64,000 nucleotides of DNA from the human T2T-CHM13v2.0 reference genome, Homo sapiens. The position numbers and the translations under genes are program-made. Positions 28,501 to 41,854 of the stretch are shown one piece after another. Location: the NCBI RefSeq assembly GCF_009914755.1, contig NC_060929.1; one strand, given 5' to 3'. The notes under the pieces are model-generated. The model was not told the DNA's origin and ran no database searches. It was given only the letters and a program-made list of their open reading frames with translations. Position 1 is the first letter of the stretch. The number at the start of each line of letters is the position of its first letter.

Positions 28501-29379
28501 ATATATATACACATATACATATCCTATATTAATCTAATATATATTTTGAATAGATGATCTAAAGTACTAAACAGAATTACATCCTGATTTCCCAGCAAAA
28601 AATACAGAAATTACTTCAAACTGACATAGCCAGGAATTAACGGTTGTATTCTTCCTCTCAACAATAGATTTAAGATTGTGTGTGTATTGCCGCTATGGCA
28701 CCAATTATATTTATCTTTTCGTTTTTCTTAAGTGTATACTTGTCTTAAGTTCCTACTACATTAGAAACTATTTGTAGGGAAAGACTATCTTATTTATCTG
28801 TATTTCCTTTTTGACATAATAACTAGCACAAAATGGATATTTTAAAAATTATTATTAATTTCAAAAGTAAAAAAAATCAGAAATCTTAAGAAATGTTTAA
28901 GGAATAGGAATAGAATTGTATAATAAAAGAAAAAAGCCCTTTGGGGAAAACCATTCCACTGTAGCTACTAAAGCCTACTCTACATGTACAGTATAATTGA
29001 ATGGTGGTTGTGGTTGAGGAAGCTTGCTGATATTCAGTGATGGCCTTCTACAACAGGAAATAAGGTATTCTGAAAGAAATAAGCACAAAGAAACACATTC
29101 TTTAAATTACTGGTCTCCAAGTGCTGATCTTAAGTGTATAAAAAATACAGAAAAACATATCTAGCAAAAAGAAAAATTAATTAAAGCTGAGCTGCAGCTA
29201 AAGTTTCAGCTACTCTTCCCAACAAAATGCACTTTGATTATTCAGAAAGAAAAAAAAGCTTGCTGACTGTGATTTCTCCAAAATCCTAAAACTGTCTTAC
29301 TATATAGGAAGAATTAAAGTTCCCTTTTCAAAAAACATTTTATTACACAAAAATTCTGGTCTGTTAAGGAGAAGCCAAG

Positions 29380-29732
29380 TGTATTAGTCTGTTCTCAAAC
29401 TGATAATAAAGACAGCCAAGACTGGGTAATTTATAAACGAAAGAAGTTTAATTGACTCACAGTTCCACATGGCCAGGGAGGCCTCACAGTCATGGCAGAA
29501 GGTGAAGGAGGAGCAAAAACACATTTTACATGGCAGCAGGCAAGAAAGCATGTTCAGGGGAGCTGCCATTTATAAAACCATCAGATCTCGTGAGACTTAC
29601 TATCATAAGAACAACATGGGAAAAAAACCCACCCCATGATTCAGTTACCTCCCACTAGGTTCCTCCCATGACACGTGGGAATTATTACAATTCAAGGTGA
29701 GATTCGGGTGGAGACACAGCCAAACCATATCA
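29380..29732 (-). mobile_element. THE1 solo LTR (MaLR)
   Basis: tgtattagtctgttctca...gagacacagccaaaccatatca, 353 bp with TG..CA ends. Near-TSD ccaag/gcaag. Confidence 0.92.
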
Positions 29733-30062
29733 GCAAGCATGGAGATTCAGAGAGAGTAGCAAGCAGCAAGCTAACAGATTATTTTGAGGAAATGGAAGCT
29801 ATCTCTTTTTTGAAAACACATTAGACTGTGCTTTGAATTTTCCAGTGGAATTTTATTTAAGGAGTTAAATTATCCTCTTTGGCCAAATTCCCCAGTTCTG
29901 TAAAATTAATACAAAATTAAGCTCACTGTAAGCCTATTTAGAATTTATGTAGAATCTATAAATTTTCAAAAAGAATGTGAGAAACTCAACATAAAAAAAT
30001 GCATACACTGTGGTTAGTAAAATATGAGCAGAAAGTAACTCCCAAGAATCAGGATGATGGTT

Positions 30063-30643
30063 TGTAGCTGTCATTCCTTTGAAACAGAGAAGAAAAAGCT
30101 TTATGTGCTAATAGTTTATTGGGACATACAGGGCCTGGAAGCAAGAGTGAGGAGAAAAGGGAGCATCAGGGAAGAGAGAGAACAAACATGGAGGGTGTTG
30201 GGATTTGCAAACTGATCTCTACTTGGTAGCAAGTATAACTGACCATTGATCTCACAGGAACGTCTTCAGAGGTGCTTTATGAATAATGCATCTCAGGACA
30301 GACTATCTGGTAGAAGGAAGGAAGAACTGACCCACTAGCTTTTCTCTTCTATTGGTCCAATGTTCACTTCTGGGACTTTAACTCTTCCACACTTCCCAGT
30401 TACACATATATGGGTGACTCATGGCTCAGCAGCAGCAGGAAAACTTTGGTGTGGGAGGCAAGGGGTCTGTGGCATTGGCCTGAGATAAGCTGCTTTGGGC
30501 TGTGCCCATGTCATGATAACACAGGTGATAGTCCAGAAGAGCCCTTGCAGAAGTGGTTAGCAGAAGGAATGAACAAGTGACCAAGAGCCCTTCAGACAGG
30601 TGAGTCCGGGAAGATCTGAGGGGTTGCATAAAAGGTGTCTTAT
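30063..30643. mobile_element. Probable old ERVL-type LTR
   Basis: GC-richer ~580-bp block with tttattggga...gcaagagtgagg and gatctgagggg...aaggtgtc resembling old ERVL LTRs. Family not resolved. Confidence 0.4.
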
Positions 30644-30654
30644 AGAGAATTTTA

Positions 30655-30763
30655 TTTATTTATTTATTTTTTTCTGTTTTGTTTTTTTTTTTAAATTATA
30701 CTTTAAGTTTTAGGGTACATGTGCACATTGTACAGGTTAGTTACATATGTATACATGTGCCAT
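30655..30763 (-). mobile_element. Short 5'-truncated young L1 (L1PA2/3-like)
   Basis: T tail plus ttatactttaagttttagggtacatgtgcacattgtacaggttagttacatatgtatacatgtgccat. TSD gaatttta at 30647 and 30764. Confidence 0.9.
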
Positions 30764-31790
30764 GAATTTTAAAGCTTAAGAAAATCCAAAGGGTCAAACG
30801 GTTATTGTGCTTGAAATACAATTTGGTTATGAGATTGCTGAAAACCAAGGTAATAACCAAGGCCAAAAAATTTTTTTTATATTTTATTTATTAAACATGA
30901 TATATTATATAGCTCTCATTATAGGAAAGGAGAAAAAACATATCAATCTTACAGGGCAATAAGAAACTTCAAAACAGTTTTTGTTGAATTTGGATGGAAA
31001 TGCTTTTTATTTGGGGCACATTGGGTTTATGTTAACAATAGCTTTTATAACTAGTACTAAAAAGGCCATGACTTTAGACTCATTTTTTTCTTTCTTAAAG
31101 AAGACAGAATATTTGCGCACCTTCAGTGAAGGCCTCTGTGAGTGGCTGGGCAAATATAATCCAAGCACGTAGAGTTCTTGTGGTCTCAAATGATCCAAGA
31201 ACTGAATGGTAACCACTCAAGGGAATGAATGGATTACATGCTTCCTAGACTATCTTCTCTAAATGTCGTTTTCTGCTTTATGCCTTTGATAGGAGCTGGA
31301 TAGGCAGTTTGATATGTAAAGTTATGCTCTCTGAGGAAGACCTCAGGTGCTTATATTCCATCCAATATTTTGGAAACCAGATGCTGACCTTATATTAATA
31401 TATTTGCTCAATTCTTTCTAGTTTCTGAACTTCTTTCAGTCCCTTGAACTTCTCATACCTCTGGGTCTCTCTTCCCCTGGGCTCTGCCTTTCATAACAAA
31501 CCATATTCCTTCAACCTTCACCCAGATCAAGCTAATTTATTGTCATCATTCAGATTTTAGCTAGATTCTCATTTCTTCTGAGAAACTTTTCTTAATCCCA
31601 GAGTAGGTTAGTTGCTTATGTAGTGAGCTCTAGAAACAATACTACCCAGTATATGTTACAAGTTATAAAACTGCTTATTTGGTTATCTTTTTTCCTGCTG
31701 GATTCTAACTTCCTCGAAGATAGTCTGTTTATCTTCCCCACTTTTACATCCCAGTGCCTACTGTAGTGCCTGGCACTTAATGGCTGCTCA

Positions 31791-31880
31791 ATATTCATGG
31801 AATGAGTGAGTAAAACTACATAGAAAACGCAGACCATATTCATGGAATGAGTGAGTAAAATTACATAGAAAACGCAGACC
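31791..31880. repeat. 45-bp tandem duplication
   Basis: atattcatggaatgagtgagtaaaa(c/t)tacatagaaaacgcagacc x2, with one mismatch. Confidence 0.95.
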
Positions 31881-33385
31881 TAGTGAAGTTGTCTTAATTA
31901 ATTGGAGTGTTTTATAAAAATCACAGGGATGTTAGATGGCTATAAACAATCACACTGGAAGCTGCAATGATGTTTACGATGTGCTTCAGACTTGTCCATG
32001 TGGTAAAAATGTGTGTCATCATGGTCCTTAACTAGGCTAATTTGCCAGATATCTATTGGCTTAAATCTACAGTTTGTTAAGGAGCATAGAGTTGTAGAGG
32101 CAAAGGCAGCAATCTAGTGGCTCCATGTTTTTGGGAAAGTAAAGGCTACTTCTTTTTTAAAAACACAGTATTCTGTGTCTGGATCCCCCAGCAGGGTTTG
32201 ATTTAAGAAATAAATTAACGAATGATTTGTTAAAGAGATAGGTCCTAAATAGGCTTAAGTAAGTATAGAAATACCAGATCACCGCTGAAAACTTCACTTC
32301 CTTCAAAGTGTTTCTCAAATGGGTTGTGACCAGAGAGTTTACTGGGTTTCAATTAGAACATGACCTCAAGTACCTGGCCAGGCTCTTTCTAGCACTGTGG
32401 CTCAGGGTCTGCACCTATTGCAGTGCATTTGAACTTGATTTAAAATCTTCTCCATCCCCGATTTTAACATCTTTCTGTTCTAAGTATGGCATGGCCACAG
32501 GCTGCTGTATTTCCTGTAGAAGAATATCATTGGCTTTTCTCCCCCTCTCTTATTTATTTACATTCTGCTTTTTATGATACAATGAGGAACTATAAATATA
32601 GAGGTTTTTTAAGAGCAGGAACTCTGGTAAGCAGATTGATATTTTTTAAGAAATCAGAGGCTGAGGATAAAAGTCTAACACTCTCTTCCTATCAGTTTTA
32701 AATAATTCATTTCTGTGACATTCAGGGTACCACTGCAGATATGCTGAAACTAGAATGAAATTTCACCTTCAAATGTTCCCTTCTGCAGTTTTTTTTTCTT
32801 TTTCTTTCCCCTCCAAAACTACATAGTGGTCTTAAATTAAGGTTACTTCATGTTAAACATGAAAGTTAGCCTGCCAATAACAACTAAGATGTGAGGAGCA
32901 ATTGCTAAGCCTCTGTTCAGAGCTTTCTAATCTAGCTCAAGGCTCCTATCAACTAAAAGGTCAGTTCTGTGTCACAGCTCAGAGGGGGCAGTGGTGGGAT
33001 GAGAGCACAGAATTCTGCCCCCAGACTCTCACCACCACCCTACACTGGACCGCGGGGAGTCTCTTCTTTCTCCCTGGATGTTAATGATACATTTCTTATT
33101 GCTGGTCGGACCCAACCATAGAACATTATTTTTGTGCAGATAACCCAACTTAAACTCAAATTTATATTTAGAAAATAGAGGGCTCCTAATCCTCAGCCCC
33201 TTCAAAAACAAAAACTCAAAACACCCTGTTTCCTCCGTTGTCTTTGCATCTCAATAAATGACATCTCTATCTTTCTAGCTTATCAGGCTAAAATCTTCGG
33301 AGTTAATCTTAACTCCTCATTTTCTCAGACTGCACACCCAGTTCTTCAAAAAATACTGTTATATCTTGGGTCTGATTTCAAAACA

Positions 33386-34012
33386 CAATCTATTCTCATT
33401 ATCCATGGCAGTTATGCCCTATAAAGTTGCCACAGACACTGAATTAGCAAATACTGAATTATTGTCCCAGAAGGGAATTACAAGGCTGTTGTCCTGCAAG
33501 CCTCCATCACATTTTGCCAACTAATTGATACATAACTATGTTTTGTCTGAGTTTCTACAGAAATATACCTTATTTAATATATACAGTTGATTCATTAACA
33601 TTGAACTCAGGACCAACTATTCTCTGACTCATGCCTGAAAGGTGCTTGTCTAACCCACGTTTATTCTATGCGAGGCCCATCACAGTTTTCTTATGCTCAG
33701 GAACAGCAGACAGCACTTCAGCACTCTACTTGAGGGCTATTTAAAGCAGCAAAGTCACCTGCAACGAGCACAAAAATACGAAAAGCATAGCACTAAATAC
33801 ACTGTGAAAGGGCACTTGTTTACAGTGTGAGCAGGGCCTTGTTCAGCCTTAGCTGGAACATGTGTGTCAGACAATTCAGATTTCTCGCTGCTCTGAGCAT
33901 GTCTGCAACTATCCATGAAAGCATCATGGGTGTTGATTTTGAGGTTACAAATCAATTTTAGCAAGCAGGTGAATCTGCAAATTTGGAATATGTGAGTAAC
34001 GAGGACAAACTG
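33386..34012 (-). mobile_element. MER82 (TcMar-Tigger) DNA transposon
   Basis: The reverse complement of the right end, cagtttgtcctcgttactcacatattccaaatttgcagattcacctgcttgctaaaattgatttgtaacctcaaaatcaa, matches the recalled MER82 start. Degenerate TIRs, followed by TA. Confidence 0.8.
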
Positions 34013-34049
34013 TAGAATTATAATTCCCACCATTTTTCACCACGTCTAC

Positions 34050-35402
34050 TGCATATTAGTTTGCTAGGGTTGTTGTAGCAAAATACCAGAAACTGGGTAG
34101 ACTCAACAGCAGAAATATACTATGTCACAGTTCTGAAGGCTAGAAGTCCCCAAAGTGTCCACAAGATTGATTCTTTCTGAGGGTTCTGAGGGAAAATCTG
34201 TTCTGGGACTCTCTTCTAGCTTCTGGTAGCCTCAAGCAGTCCTTGGCTTGTTGAATGCATTCTTCTTTTGTCTTTGAGGGAGGATAAGTAAGATTAGGAG
34301 GCCCTACTGACTTGCCCCCTTGGGAAGCCCGGTGGGCCCCTTTCTCAGCAGGCTCCACACCTCTTGCACCCTCGTGTGTCAGCACCTAACTCTTTTGCAA
34401 GGTAAGCAGTCCTAGAGGATCCCAGCAGACTGCCAGATTGTTATACATTCCTAATACCCAGTACAGCAAAGAGAACAAAAGCCCCTTATTCCTGATAGAG
34501 CTTTCCCAATCTCCAGCCAATCAGCACTGAAAGCCCAGGAAACTATTAGCTACAAATTCCTGCCTTGTGAGAGCCAGGGGCTTCTCTGGGGTCCTGCATG
34601 TACACCTAGGCTCTTCAACAATTTTTGAAGTTTCATATTTCTATAGGAATTTACCATTTTTAGCTAAGTTTTCAAATGTGTTAGCACATAGCCCTTTGTA
34701 ATCTGCGCCCTGTCCCTCCTGCTTTCCTGCAGCTCCTGCAGCATTGCACCATTCCTAGCCACAACCTTAACAGCATGCAGGGCCCCATGGTCTAGGCCCC
34801 ATCTTGCTGCCTTCCTATCTGGTCTCCAGGTTTAGCTCATAGTAACCTTTCCCTAATTTTAATAGTAAAAAGCACACCCCTAGGTGGAGATTTTATATGC
34901 TAATGATACATGCAATGTGTGTTCAAGCATGTAGATATTGAGCGCATTCTCCAACTGCAGGTCCACCTTTGCATACTTGACCTCACCAGTATTTTATGAA
35001 TATGTCCATACAGCTCCCATAAAACGAATTCCTCCTAAGGCACTGCTGTCTCTCCCTCTGAGCAGCCCGCTCTGCCTCAGAGTATACTTCGGCTTTGCAA
35101 TAAACCTCTTCACCTACTCTTACTTTGGACTTGCTCTCAAATTCTTTTGTGTGGCGAAGTCAAGAACATGAACCAGTGCAGCCCATTGAAAACATCTTCA
35201 CATTATCTTTTCTATATTAAAGGCTCTCTCTGTGTCCAGATTTCTTCTTTTTATAAGGACATAGTCATATTGGATTGGGGCCTACCCTAATAACCTCGTC
35301 TTAACTTCATCTGCAAAGACTATTTCCAAATAAGGTCACGTTCACCGGTCCTGGGGTTATAACGTCAACATCTTTTGGGAGGACACAACTCAACCCATAA
35401 TA
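34050..35402 (-). mobile_element. MLT1 LTR split by an ERV1 LTR
   Basis: Left part tattagtttgctaggg...cacagttctgaaggctagaagtcc (34050-34270), right part ttttataaggac...ggacacaactcaacccataa (35199-35402). Confidence 0.85.
34275..35194 (+). mobile_element. ERV1-class solo LTR
   Basis: TG...CA termini, 4-bp TSD tctt on both sides, CCAAT-like agccaatcag, AATAAA near 35099. Confidence 0.75.
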
Positions 35403-35973
35403 CACTGCTGCCACCTGGTTATGCCACCATCATCTCATCTACATTGTTGGAACAGCTTAACTGGTCTTCCTGCGTTTACTACTGGTCCAGTCCCCAGAAT
35501 CTTCCCAGGACAGCAGCTGGAGTGAGCTTTTAAAACTGTAAGTCAGATCTTGTCACCCCTCTGCTCCAAAACTTCACAGCATCCCACATCTCCTGGATTA
35601 ATGCCAAAGCCATTACAATAGCCTACCAGACCCCGTACAATTTGCCCACTGCTTCTCTACCCTCGTCTTCTGCTGCTTATCTTCTCCACATGCCACCAAG
35701 TTTAGCCACACCGGCTTCTTTGCTATTCCTAGAACATTCAAGACATGCCTGTACCTAAGAACATTTGCATCTGCTATCCCACTACCTGGAAGTTTTTTCC
35801 CTCAGATACCCTTATGGTAGCCCACATACCTCCTTCATGTCTTCGCTGTAATGTCACCTTCTCAGGAAGGCCTTTTTTTCTTCCCCCACCCTATTTCATA
35901 TTGCAACCTTCTGCAGTCCTTTCTATTCCCTTTCTCTGTTTTATGTCTTTTTCATAGCATTTATCACCCTATG

Positions 35974-35975
<2 letters not shown>

Positions 35976-36022
<47 letters not shown>
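35976..36022. repeat. (TA)n microsatellite
   Basis: About 23 uninterrupted TA units. Confidence 0.97.
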
Positions 36023-36027
<5 letters not shown>

Positions 36028-39000
36028 TACTTGTTTACTGTGTTTATTGGCTGTCTACCTAACAAGAATGCAGGCTTCTTGGGATAAGAATCTCTGTCCC
36101 TTCTATGCAGTATTATATTCTCTGTGCCTAGAATAGTCCCTGGCATGTACTAGGTATTCCATAAATATTTCTTGAATGAATGACTGTATGAATGACAGAA
36201 TGAGAATTATATAAGACTGGATCTTATTCACATTGTATCTCCATAGTCTAGCATAGGCCCAGGCACATATCAATTATATGTTTTCTACAACAACAACAAA
36301 AAAATGATGACTGAGAGCTGGAATAGTATCAGATCATTATGATGAAAACAAACCAATGCTCTCAATTCAAATCACATATGGAGGCACTGCCTGTTTTACC
36401 AGAGCTTTGCTTATATGAGACTCTTCTTCCCAGTAAGGTGGAGAGAATATCTGGGTAGGACTGATAAAGAGAAAAGAAAAAAAAAATGTCTTATCTTACA
36501 TAGTGAGCAATGTGACTTAAAGTTATCTGATTAGTTACTGTAGCACATTCTTTCCCTAAAACAGCATTTTATTTTTTGGATGGGGGTATATTTGCAGTAA
36601 GTTAGTGCCAATGAAGTACAGCACAAATGTCAGACATCTGAAAAGAACGAAAGATGCCATGTAACCTGATGGGAAATGTCTGCTCATTTCTCACGGCCTC
36701 CGTTCAAAGTTTCTCTTACTGTTTTAGTTTCCAGTCAGGGTTCTCTTGTTTTTTTCCCACTCATACCTTCATTTGCTGCACTTGGTTCTGGCTTGTCTCA
36801 ATAAATTCCCCAGGCTGAACACTGAGAGAGAAAATAGCTCTTTAAAGAATGAAGATATGTGAAAAAAAAATGTAAAGCCTTGAATTAAAGATGTCTTAGT
36901 TAAGCATTTTGCTAAGTTTCTGTTCAGACCAAACAGACAAAGCTGGGCTTATATTCTGGTTTCAGAAAAGTGTGTGTGTGTGCATGTGCATGTGTGTGTG
37001 CATGCGTGTAACTCAGGAAATAGCAAATAGCTCGAAACACATGTTAGCAGTTAATGTGCTGATTATGTGTACAGAAGGAGCTAAGAGAATAGAGAGAGAC
37101 ACTTGTCCTCTATGACTTTGTGTTTTGGTCAACTCAACTGTACTTTGGCCTCACTGAACTTTGGAAGTGGTAATATTTCCATAAATATTGACACTACAGG
37201 GAAGGCTAGAAGCTAAATTATGTAGATGCAGCCTTACCCAAGTCAGGCTATATAGGGAATTTAAAGATTAAATAAAAGACTTAGACTCTTGAATAAAAGG
37301 TATTATGTAAATATGATTGCTATTTGTACTGTTTCACTTGCACTCTGAAAATATACTCCCTCGCAACTCTTAATATGCAGTTATGTGTTACAATATTTAT
37401 TGCAAATACTAGCATTTTCTAGCATTTTTCTTGGTCTCCCTCTATTGCAATATGCATATCCTCTTTTCTTTGAAATTAGTTACTTGCCTTTGAGGGTAGA
37501 TTTGTCTTAAAGGACAATAATTACACCTGTCACATAACTCCTCAGAAGAAGTTTTGATAAGAGCCTATTTTCCAGTCCTAGATATTCAGCTGGGTTTTGG
37601 TTGGCATTATAATGATTGCTTTAAAGCAAATATTGTTGATTATTCTGTTTAGAAAACAGAGTTCTGGGCTTTAAAAAATAACAGTTGCATTTGTGACTTA
37701 CTTGAACCTTACAATTATTTTCAGGACCATCGTGAATACACTGTCCATCAAGTCTGCTTCCTAACCTCAGCCAATGTGTTCAGTACCTCATGATACATGT
37801 TATTGACCCTCATTTTCTATTTGCCCAGTCAGCAAGAAATATGCACTCAATCACTGCATTGTGAATGAGTAGAAAGGCCAAATCTTCTGAGTCTAAATTG
37901 ATACGACCCCAGTCTACTCTCTATGTATTTTCAAGTCTTTGATATTGTTTGCTAAGTGTGGGATTCCTTTCTATAGCTGGAGAATTCTGGAGTCCTTATC
38001 TAGAATTTATCTTTGCAGTGCAGTTAATTAAGATAATTATCCTAGTTATCAGTTACGAACCAACCTCGCCTATGTACCCCTTCTTAAAAACAAAAAAATA
38101 AAGAGACATTAAAGGAAACTATTAAAAAAAAATTAGAAAAAACAGCACAACATTAGACATGGGAGGTCACCAGAGAAGATAGGTCATGGTATATGATGTC
38201 TGATTCTGTTCATGTTAGACAGAGCCCATATTAAGTATTCTCACATACTGTTCCCTTTCTAGACCATCAATTTTCAAAGCAAGGATAAAAATTATAGTGT
38301 AAGTACAAGAACTTACAAGCAGCCCAAGCATATGTCACAGTTTCTGTGGCCTCAATCTTATGGTCTCTACTTACAGAATAACAGTTGGTTCACATTTAAA
38401 GCCTATTGTATCCTACAACCTAATTTTTATTTATAAACACCAAATGATTCTTTTTTGTACTTTTCCTTTCTACAGCATATTGAAAGCAATCATTAGTGGA
38501 TGGTAGGAGAGGAAAGAGATGTAACAAGGCCTGAATGTATTTTTAGTTGGTTTCCAAACTTTGTTTTAAGCAAATACCCTTAGTAATTAAGACTTTTTTG
38601 GGCTTTAAGGCCCTTTGCCCTCTGGTTTTTGTTGCCTCCTGGTTTAGGGAGCATCTCACACTTGTTAGTATCTGGTTGTTGGGCCAGCCATGCCTCCTCA
38701 AGATCAGGAGCCAGGCCAGGCAGGGGCCATGTGTGGGCATGGGAGAGCACAAAGCAGATCAGGAGCCCAGAGTCAGCTATTACAGGATTTTTGCTAAGTT
38801 TTGGGCTGTTGGCAGCATCCTGGACCTCACGCCTGGGCCTGAATGAGGCCCTTTCTTAAGAGTCTTTGCAAGTTCGTGTTTTATTTATGGAGTGACTTAT
38901 CCCTTCCATTCAGAGCAGCCCCACCCAGCCATCCCAGCCTCTGGGCTCTTACGTCTTCAAAGCAGACCCACCTGGTTGGTCTCCATCCTGTGTTGGGAGC

Positions 39001-39114
39001 TCAGCCACCATGTTCATGGGTAATTTTCCTCATAAAGTTTATATCCAGTTATTTATATAAATGTTATGTCAACTTGTTTGTATTGACTATTTTGATTATA
39101 AAATAAAATATCTT

Positions 39115-39426
<312 letters not shown>

Positions 39427-39444
39427 TCATCAAATATGTGTCTA

Positions 39445-40170
39445 CTCAAAGTTAACTAAACTCAAGGTTAAGGACACAGCTCTCCACAAGATTGGCTCAA
39501 TTCTGACACCAGCTGCAAATTTGGGAGTCCTCAGGGCCACCCTCACTTCTGACCAGCTGTCTACAAATTTGGGGTTTTCTGTGACCCCTTTTAGGTTTGA
39601 TAATCCACTAGAATGACTCACAGAACTCAAGAAAGCACTACAGTTATGATTACAGTTTTGCTATAAAAAACATATACAAATTAGAACCAGCCGGAAAGAT
39701 AGATAGGCAGGGCAAGATCTGGGAGTGTTCCAGAGCAGAAGCTTCTGATGTCCTCAGAGACATTACCCTAATGGCACATGGCTGCATGACAATATGCATA
39801 GTATTGACAACGAGGGAAGTTTCCCCAAGCTCTAGTGTCCAGAGAGGTTTTATTGGAGGTTCATTACATAGGCATGACTGATCGAATCCTTGCCCAAATG
39901 GTTGAACTCAATTTCCAATGCATCTTCTCTCCTTGGAAGTGGAACTGATGCCACCTGGCTCAAAGTCCCAACCATCTCATCATGTCTTTGGTCTTCCTAA
40001 CATGGCCGGCTTCCATCCTGAGTCATCACATTAGCATAAACCATCAAATATGCTCTATGGGGCCCACCTTGAAGAACAAAGACACTCCAATCACTTGGGA
40101 AACTCCATGGGTTGAAAGATTACCTCTCAAGAACCAGAAACAAAGGTCAGCCAAATTCTTTATCACACAA
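39445..40170 (-). mobile_element. MER21-like ERV LTR
   Basis: ttctgacaccagctgcaa...aggtttgataatccactagaatgactcacagaactca...gttttattggaggttcattacataggcatga. Confidence 0.7.
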
Positions 40171-40297
40171 TGTTTATTACACAATAATAAACAAATTATT
40201 ATTTATCTATGAATAGTAATCACATACCACTATGTCCGTCTACAGTGCACATTAGAAAACACTCACAGAAAACTAGATGTTAAAAAAAGGATAAGTT

Positions 40298-40592
40298 GGC
40301 CAGGTGTGGTGGCTCACACCTGTAATCCTAGCATTTTGAGAGGCCGAGGCAGGTGGATCACCTGAGGTCAGGAGTTCGAGACCAGCCAGGCCAACATGGA
40401 GAAACCCCGTCTCTACTAAAAATACAAAAATTAGCATGGTGTGGTAGCAGGTGCCTGTAATCCCAGCTACTCAGGAGGCTGAGTCAGAAGAATTGCTTGA
40501 ACTGGGAGGCAGAGGTTGCAGTGAGCTGAGAAAGCACCACTGCACTCCATCCTGGACAACACAGCGAGACTCCGTCTAAAAAAAAAAAAAAA
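40298..40592 (+). mobile_element. Alu (AluS)
   Basis: Full dimer and poly-A. TSD aaaaaaaggataagtt at 40282-40297 and 40586-40601. Confidence 0.96.
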
Positions 40593-41854
40593 GGATAAGT
40601 TAAAGATAGAGTTTTTAATATTGTTTTCCAGCACCCTTGTATAAAACCAGTGGAAAATTCTCCAGATACCCCGTAAAGCTGACAAAAAATGGTGCACACC
40701 AACTGAAGCCATGCCTACCTGTCTCCCCTGGCCCTCTCAATACTTTTATTGGCATCTCACTTTCCCCTTGACATTCCTTCCTTCTTTTGCCCTTATTGGC
40801 TCCCCAAATTTTGCTTTTCAAATCAGTGGCTTCATTGCCACTGAAGTTAAACGTAGTGCTAAGGCCAGTATGACAGGGTCGTTTTTATATAGCCCTCATC
40901 AAAACACCCATGTCAAAATGTTCTTTTTTTATTAGTAAGAAATAGAGCAACAAATATTTTGACCTCCTATTCTGTCCATAACCTTATCTCTGATCAAATT
41001 CCTCTGGTCAGCTTTAGGCCCTCTCTGAATTTCACAGTATTTGATCCTAATCATGACGTTTTTGATAGATTTGCTGCCTGGTATTCAAGGAGTTAAGTAT
41101 AATAAAAACTAGCTGTGCTCTCCACCCCAAACCCAGCACTTCCTAATTGCATATCAAATATCTAAGCAACTTGAAAACGTAGATGCTTTGTTATCATTTA
41201 AATTATTTCCTTATCATTCTGTTTTTTATAAACTGTGAATTTTAAATATGTATATCAATATGGTAATTTATGTAAATCTTTGCCTTCATATTTTCTACTG
41301 TGGAAATGAGTGCTTTCTGAATTGACAGAGCAGAGTTTTACATCCTATGACCCTATAAAATGCATCAAAAAGTACCAAATATGATTTCATTTATGTAGCA
41401 GATAAGACAGCTTCTTGTAGGAAAAATTTCCTTAAGCTGGGAGGAAAATTTCTTTTTTTAATTTTTTTTAATTCCCTCAATTTAAAGCCAACAAAGATAG
41501 GGATACGGGAGGGAATGAAAAAGGCAGAAAGAAAGGAGTGCATGTTACAGCCGAGTTCTTAATTAAAGCTCCATTTTGAGAAGGAAAAGTGGCACCAGGC
41601 TGGGGACTCTGAGTCTGATGAGGAGAGCTGAGAATGCTTTGCCTCAAAGTTAGAGAAATCTGTCAGACCCAAATACTGTGCAACCTTGGAAATTTGACAG
41701 TACTTAACTTTTCTCAGCCTTAATTGACCATCTTAAAAATGAGAAAAGAATTCCTAACTTACAAGGTGGCCATGAGGAAAAGAGGAGAAAAATCTAATGT
41801 ACCTGGCATCATGGGGTAGGCACTGTTTTTTGTTTTTGTTTTTGTTTTAAGATA

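Larger units (their letters stand above)
33225..36190. mobile_element. Fragmented L2 hosting later insertions
   Basis: L2 text at 33225-33360, 34013-34049 and 35405-36190 (ctggtcttcctgc...tcagatcttgtcacccctctgctccaaaac...aaatatttcttgaatgaatga). Confidence 0.7.

Noticed and set aside
28082-28557. Overlapping Y/I/T-rich ORFs
   Set aside because: Translations of the TA-rich minisatellite
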